A DNA stretch of 35,939 bases from contig CAVRJG010000016.1 of NCBI GenBank assembly GCA_963721455.1, positions 1 through 35,939 of the forward strand, written 5' to 3'. How positions within the stretch are numbered: position 1 is the stretch's first letter; each line of letters opens with the position of its first letter. The notes beneath the pieces were generated by a model, which was not told the DNA's origin, made no database searches, and worked only from the letters and a program-made list of their open reading frames with translations. Positions 1-9,407 of the stretch are shown here, piece after piece. The position numbers and the translations under genes were made by a program. The DNA comes from an uncultured Methanosarcinaceae archaeon. Its GTDB lineage: Archaea > Halobacteriota > Methanosarcinia > Methanosarcinales > Methanosarcinaceae.

Positions 1-282
1 CTTTTTCTTTTAATAGCCTTCATTCTAAGCTAAAATGCTTTTGTCTCAGATGATCCTGTAATTTTTTTAGAATTTTGAGAGCTGTTTGAGAACTAAAAGG
101 AATATAATGATTAGACTGAGATCTAGAAAGATACACTTTTTATATTAATGTTTTTCTTTTAATAGTATATTTTATCTATTTGTTTTTCAATATATGTATG
201 TTATTATAATACAAAACATCATACGAGGGGTCTTAAAATGAAAGAAATGACACTTGACAAAAAATGCAGGGGGAATACTCCC

Positions 283-1259
283 ATGAAAATTTTATGCATG
301 ATAACGCTGACGCTTTTAATGCTTGTGAATATTGCAGGCGCGGCGCCATTTGCATATATTACTAACATGGGCAACAATACTACTTCTGTAATTGACATAG
401 CAAACAATAATGTTACAGCCACCGTGCCTGTAGGAACCAGTCCATGGGGAGTTGCAGTCAGTCCGGATGGATCAAAGGTGTACGTGGCGAACAATAACAG
501 TAACGATGTCTCTGTAATTGACACAACAAAAAACACTGTTATAGATACGGTGAAAGTAGGAACCAATCCATCTGGAGTTGCAGTCAGTCCGGATGGAACA
601 AAGGTATATGTGGCGAACTACGGTAACAGTAATATTTCTGTAATTGACACCTCAAACAATACTGTTACAGCCACAGTGCCTGTAGGAGTCTATCCCGCTG
701 GTGTTGCAGTTAACCCAACGGGAACGACGGTATACGTGGCAAGCTCAGCCTATATTGAGAACGTAGCTTTTAACAGTACTCTCTTTGTAATTGACACTCA
801 GCAAACAATATTACAGCCACAGTGCCTGTAGGAAATGGTCCTATTGGAGTTGCCGTCAGTCCAGATGGGAATAAAGTATATGTGGCGAACCTCTTTAGCA
901 ACACTACCTCTGTAATTAACACAATGAACAACAGTGTTATAGCCACTGTGCCTGTAGGAACCGGGCCCTGGGGAGTTGCAGTCAGTCCGGATGGACAAAA
1001 AGCATATGTAGCGAATTTATTTAGCAACACTACCTCTGTAATTGACACAATGGACAACACTGTTAAAGCCACAGTGCCTGTAGGGGCCTATCCTTCTGGA
1101 GTTGCAGTCACCCCAGATGGAACAAAAGCATATGTGGTGAACGCAGAAGGAACTGTCTCTGTAATTGACACAACAAACAACACTGTTATAGCCTCGGTGA
1201 AAGTAGGAGATTTCCCTCTTGTCATTGGGCAGTTTATAGGGAAGGGACCAGCACAGTAA
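283..1259 (+). pseudogene. YVTN-type beta-propeller (cell-surface) protein, split by a frameshift near 797-801
   Basis: Signal peptide MKILCMITLTLLMLVNIAGA (ATG 283), then ~42-aa repeats (VSVIDT..N.V.ATVPVG..P.GVAVSPDG.KVYVAN). These run through ORF 238..831 and continue in ORF 822..1259; the frame changes at gacactcagcaaacaatattacagcc. Confidence 0.85.
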
Positions 1260-1453
1260 CATTACCCTGTAAATTGACATATCTACAAAAACGATTGAAT
1301 ACGCGGTTAAGGTAGGACACAGTCCTGTGCCTTTGAGTAGTTAATGGTTACTCCTGGAAGATCATTTTCCAGGTTCAAATTTTATTCTTAGGTTTTGTAG
1401 AAATCCCTAATTTAATGCTTCATATTATTTCTACAATTTTCTCATTTTTATTA

Positions 1454-1586
1454 TAGAGCTGATCCCAAAACTCAAAATTGATTCTCTGAATCTCGAATTT
1501 GGAATAATTGCTCAAGTTCTGATTATGAAAATAATCCTAATACTTTTATTGATGTGGAAATAAAATTGGTTTTGGGATGAGTTCTA
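1454..1586. mobile_element. ~130-bp MITE with imperfect terminal inverted repeats, TA at both ends
   Basis: tagagctgatcccaaaac (1454-1471) vs gttttgggatgagttcta (1569-1586): 16/18 inverted match, no ORF inside. The ends resemble the IS5-type end gagcctatccgaaaag at 3371-3386. Confidence 0.65.
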
Positions 1587-1890
1587 GCACTGTCTGTATT
1601 TTCTTTTCGACTTTTTTCACTTTAATCTGTGACTTCTCTATAAAGGATTCGGGTTTATGATACTCTTGCAGGTGAAGTCACAGATTACACTCGGGCTGGT
1701 TGCTCTGATGGTTACGGCTGAATGCTGGCGTATGTGATGACGAACGTGAAGGTGAGCATGAGGAGCATAAATCCAAAGGCGAATTTGTTTGCTTTTATGA
1801 TTCTATGAGGTCATTTATTTTGCTTTTAGTCATGGTTGTAACAATGCACTAAACCTATTGGGTTTTTTCAGGCTTTCTGGCTTGCTTCGA

Positions 1891-1904
1891 GTGCGTAAGT
1901 CCTA
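1891..1904. repeat. Orphan terminal repeat of the taggacttacgcac MITE family
   Basis: gtgcgtaagtccta is identical to 9095-9108; no matching left end was seen upstream. Confidence 0.55.
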
Positions 1905-2155
1905 AATGATTTGGGTACACTACCGTATTTTGAGGGCGGCTTTTTTGACATTGAACCGGGTGGTAATCGGCAGAAAACCTTCTATTCCTATAGTCTCTTG
2001 AATAACTGAGTTCAAAGCAACATATTCTGGAGTTCAAAACTTAGAATATGAAATTTACAAAGTAGACCAGTATAAAAATAGTTTCAAAACTCTGGAATCT
2101 GGAAAGGAGGTAAATTTTACGGTAACTACCCTTATTCCGTGCAGACGGTTCTGCG

Positions 2156-2712
2156 TCATAATTCAGGAAAAAGCGGAAAAACGTTGATTTGATAACGCAT
2201 TAAATATATTATAACAGATGACGCCGCTAACGTTCCCCAAAAAGTATTTTTTATTATGGCATTTGCAGGCTTTATTTTTATAGGGATTATAGACTGCATA
2301 AAAAAAATGTTACACGTTATCAAAAACGGAAACAACAGCAGTGAAAATAGCAATGATATTGGCCATAACTTTGTTCTGATAAGCTTTTCAGCAGGATGGA
2401 TCCAAGTTTCTTTCAAGGAATAGGTTATAATGTAAGCGATGCCAGCTCTGATACAATCAGCGCTTTTGATGCACCCAGTTTATTTGCTAGTTCAATATTA
2501 GCAGCAGCACTCGGATATATGTCTATAGAAAATATCACGAAATAAACCAGAGGAAAAAGCCGGAGAACGATAAAAATACATTTTCAAAGGCTTGAATTTC
2601 CGGAAATACTGGATGAAAGAGATAAATCAGGCAAAAAAATCAGGCTTTTCTTCAAACTGATAAAGGAAAGTTTTTCCAAGAAATGGATATTCAAAAATTA
2701 TAGCCCACATTC
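2156..2712 (-). pseudogene. Degraded membrane-protein gene fragment (family uncertain)
   Basis: Hydrophobic ORF 2156..2416 (…IIKNTFWGTLAASSVII…) with stop-interrupted coding-like sequence upstream; it abuts the IS5 remnant. The upstream limit is approximate. Confidence 0.3.
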
Positions 2713-2759
2713 CATAGATGTACACAGATGTAGAATTTATTTGCCGATTTGCCCAAAAT

Positions 2760-3387
2760 TATCCCTCACAGGATGGGTTAATTTTTCAACTCTTGCCATA
2801 TGGAGATAATTGATGGTATTTTTGTGTACATGTGCGGAATGTGAATTATAGTATCTAAGGTCTTTTTTACAAGCTTTTTATCGTGATTGTCTCCATCTGC
2901 CGTTACTGAAAATGGTATTTCCTTTACCATCAGTTAAAATACTCATTTTTGTGCCTTTTTTGCCACGGTCAGCAGAATTAGCTCCAGTTCCACCTAATGG
3001 TAATTTTGTCATAGAGCAATCAATTTATTGTCATTCCCACTCTGGGCCTTTTTCTGTATCATATTCAACAAGAACAGCTATCCACATGCTCTCAAATAAG
3101 CCTGATCTTTGCCATTCCTGAAATCGATTATGAAAGGTACTTGGAGCTCCATAAAATCTTGGCAACGATTTTCATTGGCAGCCATTATGAAGAAGATAAA
3201 AAATACCGATCATTCTTATCTTATCAGCTTTCTAGGTCTTCAGCCTTCTTTTTAGGCTTAGGCAATGGTAGTAGGTTCTATTTCTTCCAGAATTCATCAG
3301 AGATCTCGGGGTCGTGCGAGATTTTACGTTTTGTCATTAAAAAACATCACCTTGCAACGTAATTCCTATACTTTTCGGATAGGCTCT
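2760..3387 (-). mobile_element. Truncated, degenerate IS5-family element (transposase pseudogene, ATG at 3337)
   Basis: The minus strand reads MTKRKISHDPEISDEFW…LPKPKKK…KSLPRFYGAPSTFHNRFQEWQRSG…IDCSMTK…DRGKKGTKMSILTDGKG across frameshifts and stops. The left end gagcctatccgaaaag is at 3386-3371; no right end was found, so the lower limit is approximate. Confidence 0.8.
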
Positions 3388-3575
3388 TAGATAAGTTTTG
3401 AGTACAAATAATTATTTTGTACATGTAGGGTTTTAATAAGGGATTGAAATACAATCAAAATTTTGTAAGATGATCGTATTTTTTTCCTTTTGTTTGTCAA
3501 ATTCTAATTAATTATTCGGAATTGTTTTTCCGAATCATCTAATTAGACTGAGTCTATACTAAATTAATTAATTAA

Positions 3576-4463
3576 TTAATTAATTATGTTGTTGTAAATG
3601 TTTACATTAGTTCCTTTTGAATTTTCGTGTGCTATTGCAGGACCAGCTACATCCCGGAATTTGTTGCCATAAACTTCGATGTTTGTAAGTTTGTCTTCCA
3701 ATTGCAGGCCTGCATATCCAAAGCCATAGGAGGTACAATAGTTATTTGCAAAGACTCCATTGGTGACGGTATCGAATCGAGTAGACGAATTGCTCCTGTT
3801 AATAAATTTACAATTCTTAACTGTTATGTTTTTCACATCATAGGCATAAACACCGGCGTGTCCAGGATAATTTACAGTCACCGAATCGATTAGTACATTG
3901 CTCGACTCTGAAGTAAGCACAGCATCATTACATCCATTCTTAAACAGGCAACTTTCAATAGTCAATCCATTGACACCTACGAGAGTTGCCATATTATAGC
4001 AGGATGTCCCAAGCCTAATTCCAGGATAATAATCAGACTGACTCCCATCAACAGTTAGGCTTCTTATTGTAACGTCTGCTGCAGAATTGCCTCTAATCAT
4101 AAGCATGGCTTTTGACTCTGAAAGATCACTGCCGGGTCCACCCCACACGGGCAATCCAGGAGCTAGCTTAATTGTTACACCTGAATCTCCTTGAAGGACA
4201 GTATTGCTGCCTATAAGAAGAGATTCACCTATAATATATGTGAATGGACCTTTGAGGTGGACAGTCGTGCCTGGATGGTTTGCTGCATAATCAAGAGCCT
4301 GGTTAATCTGCACATGATCGTCATTTCCATCACAGTTGAAATCTCCACTTCCGTCTCCGGCAACGGTTACTACTTGATTATTCTCTCCGCCTAATACAGG
4401 GGGTACGGTTGTTAAATTAAGGCATGCTACTAGGAATAAGATCCCTAGATGTCTTTTTAGCAT
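3576..4463 (-). CDS. Secreted right-handed parallel beta-helix protein (disaggregatase-related N-terminal type)
   Basis: Signal peptide; VAGDGSGDFNCDG.DDHVQINQAL…TTVHLKGPFTY start typical of Methanosarcina disaggregatase-related proteins; beta-helix repeats (ITVKNCKF, IEVYGNKF, VNIYNNII). Confidence 0.8.
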   Translation of the reverse strand: MLKRHLGILFLVACLNLTTVPPVLGGENNQVVTVAGDGSGDFNCDGNDDHVQINQALDYAANHPGTTVHLKGPFTYIIGESLLIGSNTVLQGDSGVTIKLAPGLPVWGGPGSDLSESKAMLMIRGNSAADVTIRSLTVDGSQSDYYPGIRLGTSCYNMATLVGVNGLTIESCLFKNGCNDAVLTSESSNVLIDSVTVNYPGHAGVYAYDVKNITVKNCKFINRSNSSTRFDTVTNGVFANNYCTSYGFGYAGLQLEDKLTNIEVYGNKFRDVAGPAIAHENSKGTNVNIYNNIIN

Positions 4464-4494
4464 CGTATCACCTTTGGGTTCAATTCGTTTAGAT

Positions 4495-4536
4495 TAAGAG
4501 CCTATCCAAGAGTAGAATATTCGATGCAAGGTAATG
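4495..4536 (+). mobile_element. Degenerate IS5-type left end
   Basis: taagagcctatccaagagtagaatattcgatgcaaggtaatg aligns with the IS5 remnant end taagagcctatccgaaaagtataggaattacgttgcaaggtgatg (minus strand from 3389). Confidence 0.55.
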
Positions 4537-4670
4537 GTTACAAACCCACAAAATCAAATCCACCAAATCAAGTTTTTCATTATCGGATTGACAAAGTGTC
4601 TCGACAGTTTGTGGGAGAGAACAGGCTTGTTTGATTGATGCAACTTGAGGGCTCTGTTATTCTGTTGTGC

Positions 4671-5159
4671 AACTCAACCCATTCCCTGTCAATAGAAAGA
4701 CGTTAAGGTATATAAGTGTCAGAGGAAAGCGCGTTAAAACGCGTATCGAATTAATTCAATCCATTTCCTGCCAATAGAAAGACGTTAAGGTTATAAATAT
4801 CAGAGGAAAGCGCGTTAAAAAGCGTATGGAACTAATTCAACCTATTTCCTGCCAATAGAAAGACGTTAAGGTTATAAATATCAGAGGAAAGGGCTTTAAA
4901 TGCGTGTAGAACTAATTCGACCTATTTCCTGCCAATAGAAAGACTTTAAGGTTATAAGTGTCAGAGGAAAGGCGTTAAAAAGCTTATGGAATTAGCCCAA
5001 CTCATTTCCTGTCAATAGAAAGACTTTAAGGTTATAAGTGTCAGAGGAAAGCATGTTAAAAAGCATATGGAATTAACTCAACCCTTTTCCTGCCAATAGA
5101 AAGACGTTAAGGTTATAAATATCAGAGGAAAGCGTGTTAAAAAGCGTATGGAATTAACT
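4671..5159. repeat. Non-coding tandem array, six ~81-bp units
   Basis: The core caatagaaagac recurs at 4690, 4772, 4853, 4933, 5013 and 5094 (periods 82, 81, 80, 80, 81). Unit ~aattcaacctatttcctgccaatagaaagacgttaaggttataaatatcagaggaaagcgcgttaaaaagcgtatggaatt. Confidence 0.95.
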
Positions 5160-5310
5160 TCAGGAGAAATAAGTTAAACCATGTGGTACCTTATTTTATA
5201 GACACAATGGTTTGCATGCCGTAGTTCTATTTACAGTATAAATGTAGCTAAAATTATAAATCGTTTAGTTAACAACGGTTCTCGGGGAAGTTTTCCATCC
5301 CCGCAGCAAG

Positions 5311-7029
5311 GAGGCTGTCCGACAATTACCTTAGGTAATTGAAGTTTCTGCTTTGAATATATCAATTATTATATAATATTCTACTAATTTTTTGGTTTAT
5401 GGTTTTTATTAAATCTTTAAAGAATCAAGTTTGGACTTTACCTCCAGATATCCGAGATCTTATTCCTTCAGATCATATCTGCTATTTGGTTGAGTCTTTT
5501 GTGGATGAGATGGATTTTAGTGAATTTGAAACCAGGTATGACGGTTCCGGACACCCTGCTTATCATCCTTGCATAATGTGTAAGATTTTGATTCAATCTA
5601 TGCTTGATAGAGTTCGATCATCGCGAGCGATAGCTCGCAATGTTCGAGAAAATATAGTTTACATGTATTTAGCTGAAAACCTACAACCTGATTTTAGAAC
5701 AATCAGTGATTTCAGAAAAGAGAATGAAAAATTGATTACTGCAATGTTCAAAAGCACAGTTAAGGCAGCCAAAGATCTAGGAGTAATAGGTCTTGAACAA
5801 TTAAGCATTGATGGATCCAAAGTAAAAGCCTCTGCGTCAAGAAAAAGTGCAGTTATGAAAAATGCCTTGGAAGTAATTGAAGAATATGTCAAGAATGAAT
5901 TAAAAAAAGGTATTGAAATAGACAAAGTTGAGGATGAGCATTTTGGAAAATGCCGTGGTTATGATCAGTTGAATGAAAGTGAAAAACATAAAGTAAAAGC
6001 GGTAGTCGTGAAGTACATAAAGCAAGTCAATAAGGATGAATCTGGCGATAGAAAAGGGAATATTGAAAATACGATTAAGAAAGCGCTTAATGAATTTGAA
6101 AAAGACAGTATTGATAATGTGAGCTTGACTGATCAAGAATCTCGGTTTATGATTAACAAAAAAGGAACGATTGAACTTGCATATAATACTCAAATAACGG
6201 TCGATCATAAACAAGGAATTATAGTTGCAAACGATGTATGTCAAGACAGAAACGACATGTATCAATTGAAGCCTCAAATTGAAATGGTGGAAGAAAATTG
6301 TGGTTTATTAAAAGTAGGCACTAAACTATGTGCAGACACTGGATACTATAGCGGAAACAACATACATTATTTGAATGATAAAAAATTGGATCCATATATT
6401 CCAGAGCAAGAAGTAACTAAAACAATAACAGAAAACGTAGAAGATGTTAGGTTCGATATTAGTAATTTTGACTATAATGAAGAAATTGATGAATTTATTT
6501 GCCCTGAAAATCAAAGATTGAAGTTTTTGCGTGAAGGTTATGAGAAAGAAAGGATGAGAAAGTACAGAATTTACAAGGGAACCGAATGTCAAAAATGTGA
6601 ATTTACCAAAAATTGTACAAAAAGAAAGGATGGAATTAGACAGTTAAAAATAGCTGAATTTTCAAAAGAAAGAAAGCAATTAGCAGATAAAATGAAAACA
6701 GAAGAAGCAAAAGAAATATTCAGACAAAGGCAGCAGGTAGTAGAACCTGCAATTGGAAACTATAAAGAGAATCTTGGGTTTAGAGAATTTCTCACAAGGG
6801 GAATAAAATCAGTCAGAAATGAATTTAATTTGGTATGTACAGCAGTTAACTTAAAGAAAATATGGATTTACTCAAATAAAAACGAGATCATTAGAAAGAG
6901 AAATGGAATAAATGGAACTTTTCACTTTAAGACTTGAGTAATAAGGAATAGAAAAAAATCTCATAAAAAAGTTCCAATTTACCAGCAGACATTTTATCTC
7001 ATTACTAGCAGTAATTGTCGGACAGCCTC
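5311..7029 (+). mobile_element. IS1182-family insertion sequence, apparently intact
   Basis: Perfect 19-bp TIR gaggctgtccgacaattac (5311-5329 / 7011-7029) and 4-bp target duplication caag (5307-5310 / 7030-7033). Confidence 0.93.
5399..6937 (+). CDS. IS1182-family transposase
   Basis: Motifs GHPAYHP, SSRAIAR, PDFRTISDFR, IDGSKVKASAS, TDQESRFM, YNTQ, ADTGY, a Cys cluster and VEPAIG. Confidence 0.93.
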   Translation: MVFIKSLKNQVWTLPPDIRDLIPSDHICYLVESFVDEMDFSEFETRYDGSGHPAYHPCIMCKILIQSMLDRVRSSRAIARNVRENIVYMYLAENLQPDFRTISDFRKENEKLITAMFKSTVKAAKDLGVIGLEQLSIDGSKVKASASRKSAVMKNALEVIEEYVKNELKKGIEIDKVEDEHFGKCRGYDQLNESEKHKVKAVVVKYIKQVNKDESGDRKGNIENTIKKALNEFEKDSIDNVSLTDQESRFMINKKGTIELAYNTQITVDHKQGIIVANDVCQDRNDMYQLKPQIEMVEENCGLLKVGTKLCADTGYYSGNNIHYLNDKKLDPYIPEQEVTKTITENVEDVRFDISNFDYNEEIDEFICPENQRLKFLREGYEKERMRKYRIYKGTECQKCEFTKNCTKRKDGIRQLKIAEFSKERKQLADKMKTEEAKEIFRQRQQVVEPAIGNYKENLGFREFLTRGIKSVRNEFNLVCTAVNLKKIWIYSNKNEIIRKRNGINGTFHFKT

Positions 7030-7089
7030 CAAGCTGCGGGGATATAGGCAGTGTACCGAAAGTTCTGTAAAATATGATTGACTCTGTAT

Positions 7090-7366
7090 CCTACTTTCGG
7101 CAGGTCGACGTTTAATTTTTGATAATTTTACTGATGGCGATTTTGAAATAATGCTCCTTACTTGTGTGTAATTGATAGGTTTACATATGACCAATTATTA
7201 ATTTCTCATACTAAACTTTAATGAAAAAATGATTTAGTATTTATATATGCTGTGGGAGTTGAGCCACCTGTTAACCAGCTTTAAACCTAATCTATAGTTA
7301 GTGAATGTTCAAAAACGGCATCAAGAAAAATATTCTAATTTTTAATGTCGACCTGCCGAAAGTAGG
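7090..7366 (+). mobile_element. 277-bp MITE, copy 1 (inside IS256)
   Basis: 20-bp perfect TIR cctactttcggcaggtcgac and 6-bp duplication ctgtat (7084-7089 / 7367-7372). Confidence 0.92.
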
Positions 7367-7411
7367 CTGTATCCTTTTCTTTTCACCACAAAAAAACAGG
7401 ATGCAGAGTCA

Positions 7412-8539
7412 ATGGTTAATTTATTCTCACTTATAAAAGATTATCTTGTCGATCAGGAAGATGGAATTCGCCAGCTAATTACCTGGTTTTTAAACCTTAT
7501 AATGGAGGAGGAAGCCCTCCTCCAAGCTGGCGCACAACGTTATGAGCGGATTGATTCACGTAAAGCCAGTAGAAATGGCTACAAACCCCGAACTCTTCTG
7601 ACCAAGCATGGAAAACTTGAATTGTCAAAGCCTCAATTCCGTGAGTTTCCCTTTGAAACCCAGGTTTTTGAGAAGTATTCGAGAGTTGAAAAGGCCATCT
7701 TAACCGCTATAGCGGAATCTTACCTTCAGGGTGTTTCCACCCGAAGGGTGGAAAAGATCATGATCGCTTTAGGAGTAGGTGAAATCTCAGCCTCTTCTGT
7801 TTCCAGGATTACTAAAGAACTGGATGAAAAGGTTGAAGAATTCCTCTCAAAACGAATAGAACATGAAATTCCTTACTTGTTTATTGATGCGACTTATTTC
7901 AAGGTAAGAGATGGGCTTCATTATGAAAACAAAGCTCTCTTCGTAGTTGCTGGAATCAGGGATGACGGTTACCGAGAGATACTTGGAACAAGATTGGCAG
8001 ACAGTGAAGCTTCTATGTTCTGGGAAGATCTATTCGAGGATCTGAAAGAAAGAGGGTTAAGAGGTGTCAAGTTAATCGTTTCTGATGGTCATAAAGGAAT
8101 ACAGAAAGCAGTCAGAGAATCCTTTATTGGATCAAGTTGGCAGATGTGTCATGTACATCTGACAAGACAAGTTCTCAAGAAGGTGCCAAAAAAGAAGCAG
8201 AAAGAAGTGGCTGAGAAGATAAAAGAAGCATTAGTCGACCGTCAGAACTTGAATCACCTGATTAGGGAACTGGACAGTATGGGGTATAAAAGCGCAGCTG
8301 ATACCCTTGAAAGTTTTCAGTATGATGTAATGAACTATATGCAGTTTCCAGAAAAACACTGGAAAAAAATAAGGACAACAAATATGATGGAAAGGACTAA
8401 CAAGGAACTCAAAAGAAGAAGCAAGGTGGTTGGAGCATTTCCGAACCAGGACTCAGTATTGAGACTGGTAGTCTCAATACTAATTGATATAAATGAAGAC
8501 TGGATCACAGGAAACAAGTATATAGTAATGGAACAGTAA
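7412..8539 (+). CDS. IS256-family (mutator-type) transposase
   Basis: RNGY, YLQGVSTRRV, YLFIDATY, VSDGHKG, WQMCHVH and RTTNMMER motifs. Confidence 0.95.
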   Translation: MVNLFSLIKDYLVDQEDGIRQLITWFLNLIMEEEALLQAGAQRYERIDSRKASRNGYKPRTLLTKHGKLELSKPQFREFPFETQVFEKYSRVEKAILTAIAESYLQGVSTRRVEKIMIALGVGEISASSVSRITKELDEKVEEFLSKRIEHEIPYLFIDATYFKVRDGLHYENKALFVVAGIRDDGYREILGTRLADSEASMFWEDLFEDLKERGLRGVKLIVSDGHKGIQKAVRESFIGSSWQMCHVHLTRQVLKKVPKKKQKEVAEKIKEALVDRQNLNHLIRELDSMGYKSAADTLESFQYDVMNYMQFPEKHWKKIRTTNMMERTNKELKRRSKVVGAFPNQDSVLRLVVSILIDINEDWITGNKYIVMEQ

Positions 8540-8705
8540 TCAAAAAAGAAGACGAAGGGGTAAAGAGTAAATTTTACAGAAAATTAGGCACACTGCCGGG
8601 ATATAGGTATCTTCAAAAAACGCCACGTTGTTTTGTGTGATTTGTGCACAACAGTTAATTTTAAAAAGTTACTCTAACTGAAATTATCCCATTCTATAAT
8701 TTATA

Positions 8706-9108
8706 TAGGACTTACGCACTTATGATCCTACTTTCGGCAGGTCGACGTTTAATTTTTGATAATTTTACTGATGGCGATTTTGAAATAATGCTCCTTACTT
8801 GTGTGTAATTGATAGGTTTACATATGACCAATTATTAATTTCTCATACTAAACTTTAATGAAAAAATGATTTAGTATTTATATATGCTGTGGGAGTTGAG
8901 CCACCTGTTAACCAGCTTTAAACCTAATCTATAGTTAGTGAATGTTCAAAAACGGCATCAAGAAAAATATTCTAATTTTTAATGTCGACCTGCCGAAAGT
9001 AGGTTATGATACAAAATCAAGTGCTGTAGGCTTCATAGTTAAAATTTGAATTTTCGGAAGTTGTGAGTTTACTGCTATTGGTTTTGTACTTAAAGTGCGT
9101 AAGTCCTA
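8706..9108. mobile_element. ~119-bp MITE (taggacttacgcactt ends) interrupted by 277-bp MITE copy 2
   Basis: Perfect 16-bp inverted repeat taggacttacgcactt (8706-8721) / aagtgcgtaagtccta (9093-9108). Confidence 0.8.
8727..9003 (+). mobile_element. 277-bp MITE, copy 2
   Basis: Same sequence as 7090-7366; 7-bp duplication ttatgat (8720-8726 / 9004-9010). Confidence 0.92.
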
Positions 9109-9407
9109 TTATATTTAATAAAAAGACGAATTTTTTGTACGCTTTTAATTAAACAATTCGATATTCAATTTTATGAAGTTGTTTGAAAAATTTATCTAAA
9201 TGATTAATCTAAATAAACTCAACTATTTACAAATTTATATTTACATGTACGCATAATTGTGCAAAAAAAACATTTTGAGGAATGATACATTAACAAAGAG
9301 ATTATATACAGAAACTATTTACTATTTTTAAATTTTTAGGTAGAAGTTGCCATGTCTTAAATATTTTGATTTCAGAATCATTCAAACGATAGGAAGAGAA
9401 AACGACA

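Larger units (their letters stand above)
7047..8597 (+). mobile_element. IS256-family insertion sequence carrying a MITE in its left non-coding part
   Basis: Imperfect 27-bp TIR ggcagtgtaccgaaagttctgtaaaat / attttacagaaaattaggcacactgcc and 8-bp target duplication gggatata (7039-7046 / 8598-8605). Confidence 0.92.

Noticed and set aside
4671-5159. Tandem array as a CRISPR
   Set aside because: The sequence between conserved cores is homologous from unit to unit (no unique spacers), and no cas genes are visible.
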